Shown here in pieces: positions 46,975-60,632 of a stretch of 64,000 bases of DNA. The stretch spans positions 108,686,001-108,750,000 of the forward strand of contig NC_058377.1 in assembly GCF_018350175.1 (NCBI RefSeq), written 5' to 3'. A program made the translations under genes and the position numbers. Each line of letters begins with the position of its first letter. Within the stretch, counting starts at the first letter, position 1. The notes under the pieces were generated by a model. That model saw only the letters and a program-made list of their open reading frames with translations, did not search any database and was not told the origin of the DNA. Source of the DNA: Felis catus (Eukaryota).

Positions 46975-48049
46975 TAAACCATTTTAAAGTGTAGAGTTCA
47001 ATAGAATTTTGTGAATTCACGAAGTTGTGCAATCACTACTTCCCTCTAGTTTCCCAGACTTTTTTTCTTTTTTTTTATTATCCCAGAAAATCACCCCATT
47101 CCCATGAAGAAATCACTCCCAGTCCCATCTCCTGGGAACCACACCTTCTTTCTGTCTCTATGGATTTTCCCATTTTGCACATTTCATATATGTGGAATCC
47201 TGCAGTCCGTGGTCTTCTGCGTCTGGTTTCTTTTCACTTACCACGATGTTTTCCAGGCTCATTTGTGTTATAGCATGTATTGATAGTCAGGTCCTTTTTA
47301 CTGCTGAATAATATTCTATTGTATGGACATACCACAATTTATTTATTCCTCAGTTGATGGACATTGGAATGTTTCACAGACATTTGTGTACAAGTTTTTG
47401 TGTGGACATATATTTCTATTTATCTTGGGTATGTATCTAAGAGTAGAATTTCTGGGTATTATAGCAAGTCTCTGTTTAACCTTGTGAGAAACTACCAGAC
47501 TGTTTTTACAAAGTGGTTGTGCCATTTTATGTTCCTACTAGCAGTGTATAAGGGTTATCATTTCTCCACATCCTTTCCAGTGCTTATTATTTCTGTTTTT
47601 GAAATGAAAGACATCCTAGAGAGTGTGACGTGTTTCAATTTTCACTTCCTTAATAACTGGTCATGTTCCTTAATGATCAGTGAACTCTTTTCATGTGCTT
47701 GTTGGCTATTTGTATATATTTTGGGGACAAAATTCAAGTTCTTTGCCCGTTTTAAAAATTTTTTTTAATGTTTTACTTATTTTTCTTATTTATTTTTTTA
47801 AAGGAAATGAAAAAAATTTTTTTTAATGTTTATTTATTTTTGAGACAGAGACAGAGCATGAATGGGGAGGGTCAGAGAGAGAGGGAGACACAGAACCTGA
47901 AGCAGGCTCCAGGCTCTGAGCTGTCAGTACAGAGCCCGAAGCAGGGCTCGAACTCACAGATCACAAGACCATGACCTGAGCTGAAGTTGGACGCTCAACC
48001 GACTGAGCCACCCAGGCGCCCCATTCTTTGCCCATTTTTTTTTTTAACG

Positions 48050-48081
<32 letters not shown>

Positions 48082-48294
48082 GGGACAGAGAGAGACAGAG
48101 CATGAACGGGGGAGGGGCAGAGAGAGAGGGAGACACAGAATCGGAAACAGGCTCCAGGCTCCGAGCCATCAGCCCAGAGCCCGACGCGGGGCTCGAACTC
48201 ACGGACCGCGAGATCGTGACCTGGCTGAAGTCGGACGCTTAACCGACTGCGCCACCCAGGCGCCCCTCTTTGCCCATTTTTAATTGAGTTGATG

Positions 48295-48336
<42 letters not shown>

Positions 48337-48640
48337 TTGAATTCTATGAGTTCTTTATATATTCTGGCTCCCAAACCCTTATCAAAAATAGGATTTGCAG
48401 ATATCTTCTCCCATCCTGTAGGTTGTCGTTTCCCCTTCTTCATAACGTCCTTCGATGCACAAAAGATTTTAAAATTTTTATGAAGTCCAATTTCTCGGGT
48501 TTTTTCTTCTGTTGCCCATTCTTCCAGCGTCAAATCTAAGAATCCACCGCCAAACTTCAGGTCATGGATGTTTACCCCTATGTTTTCTTCTGTTTTATAA
48601 TTTTCATTCTTGTATTTAGTTTCTTGACTTAATTGAAGTT
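46975..48640 (-). mobile_element. LINE-1 fragment (ORF2 C-terminal region and 3' UTR) interrupted by two SINEs
   Basis: Minus-strand translation EENIGVNIHDL...FCASKDVMKKGKRQPTGWEKISANPIFDKGLGARIYKEL resembles L1 ORF2; SINECs at ~47815-48022 and ~48041-48265; (GT)n at 48299-48334. Confidence 0.85.
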
Positions 48641-49159
48641 TAAGACACATCTAGTGAAGTGCATTGATCCAACACGCTCAGCTCAATGACTCGTTACATG
48701 TATGCAAACCCACGTAGCAACTGCGCTGATCCAGGACGTTTCTAGCAGCTCACAAGCTCCCTGTGTCCTTCTCAGTCACCACTCCCCACCCATAGGTGCC
48801 ATTATCCCGACTTCTTTCATCACTGATGATTTTTGCCTGTTCTTGACCTTGGTATAAATGGATATACCCTTCGGTGGCCAATCACACTCATTTCCCCTGA
48901 AGAAGCGCCCAAGTTCTGACTTTCTCCAACAGTCCTTCAAAGGGGTTGTACCCTTTTCCATGCCACCAGCAGTGGGTAAGAGTTCTGGCTGCCCCACCGC
49001 TGGAGGTGACATTTTAGTTCGCTTCAACAAACATTTCTGTCCCCCGGTCCTGGTCCCATCCTCTCTCTCCTGGACGCTGTCCACAGCCGCTGGCTTGGCT
49101 CTTTCCTGTCCATTTCCCACCTGGCAGCCTGAGGGAATCTTTTAAATTCTGAGCATTTT

Positions 49160-49838
49160 GGGGCACCTGAGTGGCTCAGTTGGTGAAACATCCCACCCTT
49201 GATTTTGGCTCAGGTCATGATCTCACCGTCGTGAGATGGAGCTCCGCCATCCGTGCCGACAGCCCGGAGCCTGCTTGGGATTTTCTCTCTCCCTCTCTCT
49301 CTCTCTGCCTCTCCCCTGCTTGCCCTCTGTCTCTCTCTCTCTCTCAAAAATAAACGTTAAAAAAATTCAAAACATGATCTTTATTTTTTACTTTGCCTTC
49401 TATTTTTAAAATTTTTCATTGCCTTCCTTTTTCTACCAGGTAATGCATTTCCATGCTTCAGCTGCACAAGGGTATGCAGTGAAAACTACACTCCATGGTG
49501 TGACCAGTTTCTTGCGTATCTTTTTACCCAGAAGGTAGCCTGCGCTACGTCCTGTTTTCTCTTTGTTTGCTTTTTTCCTTATATCTTGGAAATCCTTCCA
49601 CTGAGTACATGTAGCTCTGCTTCATAAGAAGAAAAATATCTGGGGTGCCTGGGTGGCTCAGTCGGTTTAAGCGTCCGACTCTTGATTTTGGCTCAGGTCA
49701 TGATCTCACAGTGGTTTGTGAGTTCGAGCCCTGCATAGGGCTCTGCACTGAGCCTGCTTGGGATTCTCTCTCTCTCTCCCCGCCTCCCTTGTTTGCACTC
49801 TGTCTCAAAGTAAGTAGATAAACCTAAAAAAAAAAAAA
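49160..49838 (+). mobile_element. Two Can-SINEs (49160-49366; 49642-49838)
   Basis: SINEC heads, CT tracts and A-tails. Confidence 0.87.
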
Positions 49839-51299
49839 CCTACTTCGTTGCGGTATATTTAACATTCAATCCGATTTATTGGCCGGGTGTTTGACCATTT
49901 CACACACCTGTGAGCGACGTGCCAATCGAGTTACAGAACATTTCCATCAGCCCAGCAAGTTCCCTCCTGCCCTTTTGCGGTCAACCCAGGCAGTCACTCA
50001 GTCTCAGTTCTATTGCCATAGATCGGTTCTTCCCCTTCTGGAACTTCACATCAGTGGAATCACACGGCGTGTGTTCTTTTGTGTCTGCCTTCTGTCTCTC
50101 ACCATTATGTCTGTGAGACTCTTCCAGATGTGCGGAGTGCTAGTTCACTCCTTTTGATCGCTGAGTCCAATCCCATTGCATGATGGGCCGGTTTCTATAT
50201 CCATCCTCCTGAATTAACGGAACACAAAGTGGAACGGAGCCGGCTGTGGAGAAGGTAGGGATGATCAAAGACTTGCTCTTGGCCCCCAGGCGCTCACAGC
50301 GCAGAGAGGTCGTCAGACACTGAAGAAAGCAATAGGTCGCCGATGCTGGGGACAGGCGCGGCACCGGGGGGCGCTACAGGAGCCCCCGGGAAGGAAGGAT
50401 TCTTTCCCACTGGAGGAGGGCAGCCTTCCTGGCAGAGGAGTATTGGAGGTGGGGGGAGACATTCCCGGGGTTGAAGTCGGTGGGTACAAAAGGCCTGGGG
50501 GTGGACGGAGTGAGGCCTCAGCCGGCGTCTTGCAATGTCAGGCCGAAGAGCTTGACTTGGGCTGGGGGACAAGGGAGCCCTGAGTGGCGTTTGGACAGGG
50601 AAGTAACCCGTGCTCGGTTTGCTGAGGCTGGAGTCTAGGGAAGAGGGAGCCGGGTCCCTTGTGGGACGGTCTTCTGGGCCCGGCCATCCAGGCTTTGGAG
50701 GTCAGGGGAGTCATATGGTGGGGCCTGGGCGAGGAAGAGGTTGAGGTGTGTGTGTGTGTGTGTTGGGGGGGGTGGGTTGCTGGGCTGCTGTTTCCAGGGC
50801 CTGGGTATCACTCTCTCCCCATTCCCCAGACGCCAATTGAGCATGCACAGGTGCCTGTCCTCTCTGCTGTCCTTTGAGGGTCATGCCACCCTGCTGCCGT
50901 GGCAGTCCTGTCCCCATGAGGCAGGTGAGGACCCTGGGGCCCCAGAGAGGGAAAGGGGCTGGGTTAAGGGGGAGTCGGGGACAAGGCCATCATCTTCCCG
51001 CTCTTGTCCTGGGGTTCCCTTTCCCACCAGCCACCTCTCCAGCCCAGGGCATCCTGGGGAGCCTCAGAGACATGGCCGCAACCACAGTGCATCTCTGATC
51101 TGTGATGCAACCTCAGGCCAGTCCCTTTTCCTCTGGGAGCTTCAGTTTTCTCTTCTTACAGACGAGCGATTTACGTACTGCGACCCCTGAAACCAGAAAT
51201 TTCAGTGGAGGTCCACCTGGGGGAGGGGCACAGGGCAGACCCCTGGGCTCCTCTCCCTGCTCCAACCAGCACAGCTTGGAGAAGCAGCAGGGGATAACA

Positions 51300-51510
51300 A
51301 CATGAGTTTTGGAGTCAGATGGCTTGGGTTCGAGTCCCAGCTCAGCCACTTTCTGACTGTGGGACCTGGGCCGTTCTCTTAACTCCTCTATGCCTCAGTC
51401 TCCTCATTTGTAAAGATGATATAACAATTGTCCTTGCTTCTCAGGGTTGTTGGAGGAGTAAATGAGACATGGCGTGGATGGCACTTAGCATAGGAGTGGT
51501 ACAAGAAGAG
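51300..51510 (+). mobile_element. MIR SINE fragment (one of several; others ~44820-45020, ~53570-53750, ~57490-57730, ~63120-63230)
   Basis: MIR core phrases: tggagtcagat..ggttcgagtccc..gcctcagtctcctcatttgtaaa..gggttgttg. Confidence 0.65.
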
Positions 51511-54500
51511 CTCAGTAGGTGTGAGTGAGCATTTTCTTGCTGCGATGTTTTGTGCCCTGTGGAACTTCCTCTGAATGGAGGGCATCAGGGGCTGTGCTGC
51601 CAGTGCCCAGGATGGCTCTGCCCACTCAGCCTCTCTCCTGAGGTTTCTTGGAGCAGCTCCCGCTCTCTGTAGCCCTAAGCCCAGGGCAGTTAGGGCTCGT
51701 CACCCGGTTCTGGAGCTCTCCTGACCCTCCCAGACCTGAGGCTTACCCCCACCCCTGGGCTCTTGGGTGCCAGTTCCTGCTCTGGGCCAGGACGGGGATG
51801 AAACGCTCATCCTGGGATAAAAGGCTGGCGGGCCTGGGCTGGGCCAGTAAGCCACCCCACCCTCGCTGGGAGGTCCTCTGGGCACCCATGTAAACTGAGT
51901 CATGGGGGGCAAGGGGGTGACTCATGGAGCCTGTGAGTGGGAGCCAGATAGGGCAGAGCTTGCCTGCGGAGGGCCGCTGGCCATGCCTCATAACGTCACA
52001 GCTCTCAGGGTCCCTCCAACACCGGCAGGACCCCAGCGTGCCTCGCCGAGGGACAGGGTCTGGAGGCTGGACTCCCAGTGAGCACGCCTGTGCCCGTGTG
52101 TTCCTGTTTGAATGTGTGGCGTCGGGAGTGAGGCTGGCAGACCGGAAACAGAGGCTGTGACTCGGGAGGAAAGGATTGGGGTTTGGAAAGGAGTCAAAGC
52201 CCTAGAGAGGACAATTTTGGCGGGAATGCTTCTCTGCCCTCTTCTGGCCTCTGGGGGTTTGGCTGATTTTTTTTTTTTTTTTATTCTTGCGGGACTAGCT
52301 TTCTCTTTTTTAGCCTGGGAGGAGCTAGGGCCCAGTGGGTAACAAGTCTGTCCCAGGAGCCAGAGCTGCTCCGGGACGAGGGACACAGCTCCCTGCCACA
52401 GGGGTGTGTACAAGCACTTTGGGGAGTTGTGGAAGCTGCCAGAGCCTTTCTAGCCTTGACTGTGGCCCCGTGACTTTACCTCTTTTGGCTGCAGATTCCT
52501 CCTCAGCAAAACAGGGGCTGCGAGGACCAAAAAGCTAATGCGTGCAAACTGCTTGGCGCAGTGCCTGGTACAGAGCAGGTCTTTGCGCCCCTTTGCTCTT
52601 ACTATCTGAGCCTCGGTGGCCTCATCTAAAAAATGGGTGAGGGGAGGGGGCCAGAGGCATCCCTTGTCCGGCCATTGCTTTGGCTCTAGTCTCTGAGATC
52701 ATTCCCACTGCCTGACTCTGTCCGTCTTTCCAACCTGGGGGGTTTCATGATCTGCTGGGAAGCCAATAAATCAAGGGAAAATGGGTTCAGTGGGTTTCTG
52801 GGCCGGGCGCCCTCAGCTTACCCCTGTGTCTGGGGGATGCGCGTCAGAGAAGTGGGGAGTTTCCCTCCCAGGATGAATCAGCTGTGTCCCTGCCAGGGCC
52901 CCTCCCAGAGGGCGGGAGAGGGGTGCAGTTGCCCTGCTGGGAAAATCCCCAAAACCTCGCCAAAGCCCTGGCTGAAACTTTCTCCCAACTCAGCCATTTC
53001 CTGTCTTCCCTGGTTTAGCCCCTAGCCCCCGGCTGAGATCAGGGGTCCGGTAGATAGTCTCTCCATTCCCTGGCCGATCCCTCTCGAGCCTCCTCCCTGA
53101 GGTTTGGGGCTCACGGGACAGGTGAATGGGAGGTGGGGAGGGGGAGTCTCCTTGCCCTCTTCTGTCATCCTTCCCATGGTTGTGTAAAAGAGAGCTGAGC
53201 ACGGAGGCTTCTCCAAATTTACTCAGCCTGGCCCACCCCGGGCCCGGGCTGCTTCCTTACCCCAAACAGGGCAGAATCCCCTGTCGGCCTGAGGGGGTGG
53301 GCCTTGGGGAGCCCCCGGCCTGGTAGGGAAGCAGTCCTTACCACAGGCCTGGGAGATCCTTCCTGCCCAAGTAGGCTTAGTCACTGTACTCTCTGGGCCT
53401 CAGTTTCTCTACCAGTAAAATGGGAATCTTAGTCTTGGCCCAGGCTCTCTCTCCAGCAGTTGCGAGGCCCCGACTTGTGTGCTTTACAAATCAGATCCCA
53501 AGTCCTTGCTGGGACTTGTAGCCCCCCACCACATCAGCACTTTCTATCGTGGGGGCTCAGCAACGCATCAGGTGCTCTGGAGTTGCACGACCTGGGTTCA
53601 AATCTTGGCTCTGACACTTATGGCTTTGCAGCCTGGGACCAATTACTGAACGTCTCTGGGTCTCAGTTTCCTCTTCTGAAAAATGGCAATAACGATGGAG
53701 CCAGGTGAGACTTCGATGAGACGGCGTATGGAAACACTCCGCACGGTGCCTGGCTCTCCTCACGAACAGAATGAAGAAACAGGCCCAGAGACAGAGAGTG
53801 ACTTCGTTCAATCGCTCGTTTATTCAATAACATTTATTTGGCACTTGTGCTAGGCCGGGTCCTATGCTGGACACTGAAGATACCCTGCGGGATCAAGTGT
53901 GGCCACTGTCCTTGAGGGGCCCCAGACATACAGATGAGAGGTGGGTGGGTGTGACGGGAGCCTGTGGTGCGGACGAACGGGGAAGAAGAAATCCAAGAGG
54001 ATGAGCTGGGAGGTCTGAGGTGCGTTCGGCCAGGAAAGCGGGTGAAGTTCAGGCACACCAAATGCAGGTGACAGCGTGAGCAAGGCACAAAAACGGGAAA
54101 GGCCAGCATGGATGCAAGAAAACAAGAGACAGCTCAGATTTCTGGAACAAGAAGGGTGAAGCAGAGAGTGGGTGAAAGGACTCGAGGAACCGACAGGGGC
54201 CGCATTTGCTTTGAAATTTGGATTCGGATTTTAGTTAATTTACGGAGAGGTTGCCCTGCCCAAGCACTGTGTTAGGCTCTTGGGACAGGGCTGAGACTTA
54301 GACACTGTTTCTGCTTTCGCTCAGCCCCACACTCTGGGCCTGTGGCTTAGGGACCAGTGGGAGACAGACATCAAGCAATTACATAAGTAACCTCTCAACC
54401 CTTGCTGAACGACAGGTGTTCAAGCAGAAGGAACGGCTTGAGGCCCAGGGCTGCATGCCAGGCGGTGAAGGGCATGCCACAGGCAGGAAGGGGCACCTGA

Positions 54501-56640
54501 GGGAAGCTGGCGCTCGGCAGGGCTCTAGGTCACGGGCGCCTCAGGAGAGCGGGCTCTATATTGCAGGCCATGGGGAACCATGGAAGGACTCTGAGTAAGG
54601 GAGGGGCTCGGGCAGCTCTGCAGGAGAGCTCTGTAGGGGGGTAGTGGGGGTCACTGGGAGGGAGTGGAACAGAGGAGGCAAGCTGCAGTGGTGTGTGGGA
54701 GAGTGGGGGAGAGGGGGGGGGGACAGGGCGAAGGCAGGGCCAGGAGGCTGGAGGAGAGGGGAGGAGCGTGTGAAATGCTTAGTTAGGAAAAGAGAATCAG
54801 GTGCTGCAGATACCAGTCGCGCATCTTCGTGAGACCCGCGAGCGCCTGGCCGGGATCCCTGCAAGCCTCGGCCCAATGTGGTCAAGTGCAAAGCACCGCT
54901 TGTCTGAGGGAGGCAGGGCAGTGGGCTCTAAATCGGAGACCACCCAGCTCTGGGACTTCCCAGGGCTGGGGCTGAGGGGTGGGGGGGACTCAACCCTGGG
55001 GAAACTTGGGGTGAAGAGGAAGCTGGGGAGGGGGCTGAGCCAGCATCTCATGACTCACCCACTTCCACCCCGTCAGCCCAGTGGCATCTCCGCTCCCCTG
55101 CTCCAAATTCCAATTTGGTGAGGCTGCCGAAGGCTGAGTCAGCTCCGGCACGGCACGAGAGCAGCATCCCAAGGGGCCCCTTGCCAGAAACCTTGGCTTC
55201 CAACCAAGGCCGGGGCCAGGCTCCCAGGCTCCAGGAGCCTCGGCTGAGCCGGGCGGCCCGGCAAGATCACGAGCGTGAACGTGCCTCGTGGGTTGTGAAG
55301 AGCTCGCTGCGGCCGAGGCCCTGGACAAGCGTCTGAGGAGGCGGCGGGGGGCCAGGGCGCAAGTCCGACTCTGCTCGACTCACCACATGACCCCGAGAAA
55401 ACCCCTTTTCCCTCTTGGCCTCAATTTCCTTGACCACACAATGGGACCAACGTCTCCTTCTCGACGGGCTGTGAGAATCGTACAATGCACGTGGAAGTGC
55501 TCTGCAAACTGCCCAGTGGCCCAGGACACTCAGGGCGGGAGAAGGGAGTATAAATGGGAAAGCTTCCGCAGCGTACAGCTGTGCAGGTCGTTCACTGCAC
55601 AAGGATGTTCAACCGAGGCTGCTGAAATCTAGCCCACCGTCTGCTCACGAGACCATATGCCCTAACCTACAACTGCCAGGACCAAGGGGATACCTTTCTC
55701 TAACTGGCACAAATACACCCTGTGGGCTAGTAGCAGTCCCTCAGACTTGGCTGGGTCAAGCCCTCGGCTTTATGGGAAACCACCAAGAAACCGATTCTGA
55801 CCCCTGGGACGGAGGAGAAGCAGGACTGGCTTTGCAGAGGCTCTCAGAGAGGTTCCCGGCCTTGGCAGTGAGGTGAATCTTATCACTGGGGGCAGTTAGG
55901 GGTGCCCAGTTAGGGCAGAGAGGCAATCTCTCCCGGCCTGCCTCTCTCCAGCAACCAAAGCAGGGAAACAACCAACACAGCGTTTTAAAAAACACTCAAG
56001 ACACAGACCCAAGCTGGGTTTTATTGAAATGCCAGGAGCAGGCACATGTCAAGGTAGCGAAGGAAGAAAAGAAGGTGGTGCAGGCTGCAGGGGATGGCAG
56101 GGAGGGGCCGGCCCCATGTCCACGGCCCTGGCATCCCCTCTCTCTGCAAAGGGCTGAGTGGATACAATCACCCTCTCCCCGCAACAAAATAGCATGCTTA
56201 GGCCTGCAGGGCCTTTGCCCCCTGGACTGCAAAGGCTCCAAGAGGGACCGGAAGCGCTAATTTTTCTCTCTTGTGAGGGAGGAGGAGGACAGAACGCAGG
56301 AGGAGACAGAGGTACAGCTGGACATGACGGTGGCCAAGGAAGGCTCTCCTCCTGGAAATCTGTACCCAGCCTGCAGTTCTGTATGACAGAGGGGGGCAGC
56401 AGTGAAAAGAGAGGCTGAGGGTCTGGCCCTCAGGGAGCCAGAGCCTCCAGCCGGCGGGGACTCGAATCAGCCCCGAACAGAGGGCAAGTGTCCAAAGGGA
56501 TCGAAGATGCAGGCAGTTCCCGGTTGACCTAGTCCTCAGAGCTGGGGGGCTCAAACTCTTCGGGACAGAGAGGAGGAAGACGGGAGGATCCATCCCGAGC
56601 GTGGGAGGGGGCAGAAGGGGGTCGTCCCCACTTGGCCACA

Positions 56641-58669
<2,029 letters not shown>

Positions 58670-60632
58670 ATGCCGAGCAAGAAGAAGAAGTATAACGCGC
58701 GGTTCCCGCCGGTGAGCACGTGGCCGGGCCCGGGAGGAGCGGTCCCGGCTCTCGGGAGGCTCCGGCCCAAGTCCGGCCGTGGGGGCGGGCGCATCGCGGT
58801 GTTCGGGGGCACGGACGCCCCGCCCCCTTCCGTGCCCTCCTCGCGTCGGTGCCCCCCGCCCCCTTTCTCCCGGGATACCCTCTCTCGTTCCCCCCCACCC
58901 AGCACCCCTTTCTGGGACGGAGGCGACGGGGTCCGAGCTTTGTGCTCCCTCCCCAGGCGCGGATCAAGAAGATCATGCAAACTGACGAAGAGATTGGGAA
59001 GGTGGCGGCGGCTGTGCCTGTCATCATCTGTATCCTGTCGGGGCCTGGCCAGGCTGAGGGACGTGGGGTAGGGAGGGAGCCCGGGGTCGTCTTGTTTAAG
59101 CAGGGGATCCCCACCCGTGTTCTCCTTGACGCTTCTCAGCCCGGGCGCTTGAGCTCTTCCTGGAGTCGCTGTTGAAGAAGGCCTGCCAGGTGACCCAGTC
59201 CCGAAACGCCAAGACCATGACCACATCCCACCTGTGAGTGGTCTGGGAGCTGGGAGGGCCCAGTGGGAGTTCACACACTCAGGGGAGGTGGGAGGCTGCT
59301 GGGAGACCAGCAAAGCCTCAAGCACTGGCGTGTTTGAACTGGGGTGGGGGGGGGTGGGGAGGGATTGGGTGGTCTACCAAGATCGGGAGTTCTGGTAGTG
59401 GAGATGGGGTGGAGGTTTTCCAGGTTTATTCTCCTGACATACAGATGGTCCCCTTGCTGAGGGACCAGACATCTGGGCCCTACCTGAATGCCATGTTCCC
59501 CCCACCTCTTCCAGGAAGCAGTGCATTGAGCTGGAGCAGCAGTTTGACTTCTTGAAGGACCTGGTGGCCTCTGTGCCTGACATGCAGGGAGACGGGGAAG
59601 ACAACCACATGGATGGGGACAAGGGTGCCCGCAGGTGGGGAGCCGGGGCCAGGTGTCCAGGCAGGGAAGGCCAAGGCCACCAGGGTTGGGGGTGGTTGGG
59701 GGGTGGTCAGGGAGTGGTGAGGCCTCTGGGCAGATGGACTGTGCCTTCCCGAAGGGGCCGGAAGCCAGGCAGCGGTGGCCGGAAGAATGGTGGGATGGGA
59801 AGCAAAGGCAAGGACAAGAAGCTGTCGGGGACGGACTCGGAGCAGGAGGTGAGTGAGGCCCCCAGCCCTCTGCCCTACCCCGTGGTGGGAGAGAGCAGTC
59901 TTGCATCAGCCTGAGCTGGCTGGACTCCTGGGCCCATCCTCACCTGTGTTTTTTTTTTGTAAACTGGGGCTCTAGGGGTCAGTCTGCTGACCCTGCCACT
60001 TCCAGGCTCTCCGGCAATGGCCTCATGCTTTTCTTGTCCCCTCTGAACCCTGTCTTGCTCCTAGGATGAGTCTGACGACACCGACACTGATGGGGAAGAG
60101 GAGACGTCACAGGCTCCACCACAGGCCAGCCACCCCCCTGCCCACTTTCAGAGGTGAGCCGCTCAGTGGCACCAGAGAGGGCTGACAGATTCCTCCAGGC
60201 TGACTTTGTCCTTCCTGTCCTCTGTGGCCACTTGGTTTTGTTGGCTGTGGCAGATTTGGGGGATGGGAAGGGAGGAACCAAGGAGGGCTTAGAGGCAGGA
60301 GACTGCTCTCAGAAGGTCCCTGCCCCCACCCACACCCCGCCCTGGTGAATGGGGCTTGAACTGGTGCTGTGTGACCTGCTCTGGGCCCTTCTCTTCTCTG
60401 AGCTTGGCTGCCCGTTGGTACAGGGAGCCGTGGGCTCCATGCTCACTGGGATAGGGTAGGGCTCAGTGGGCGGGAATGGGCCCTGGAGAGCGGCCTGATC
60501 TTTCTCTTCTGCTTTCTGCCCTGCAGCCCCCCGACACCCTTCATGCCCTTCACCTCGAGTCTGCCTCTGCCCCCGGCCCCCCCGGGCCCCTCAGCACCTG
60601 ACGCAGAGGATGAAGAAGACTATGACTCCTAG
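58670..60632 (+). CDS. DRAP1: Dr1-associated corepressor (NC2 alpha), 7 exons, 205 aa
   Basis: Exons 58670-58711, 58957-59029, 59140-59233, 59515-59634, 59755(or 59734)-59848, 60065-60153, 60527-60632; total 618 nt. Histone fold [45 protein letters not shown]; ends EDEEDYDS*; AATAAA 60734-60739. Confidence 0.96.
59030..59139 (+). other. U12-type (minor spliceosome) GT-AG intron in DRAP1
   Basis: 5' splice site GTATCCTG; branch site TCCTTGAC at 59123-59130, 9 nt before the exon. Confidence 0.88.

Noticed and set aside
48069-48650. 193-aa ORF as a novel gene
   Set aside because: Chimera of decayed L1 ORF2, a (CA)n microsatellite and a SINE.
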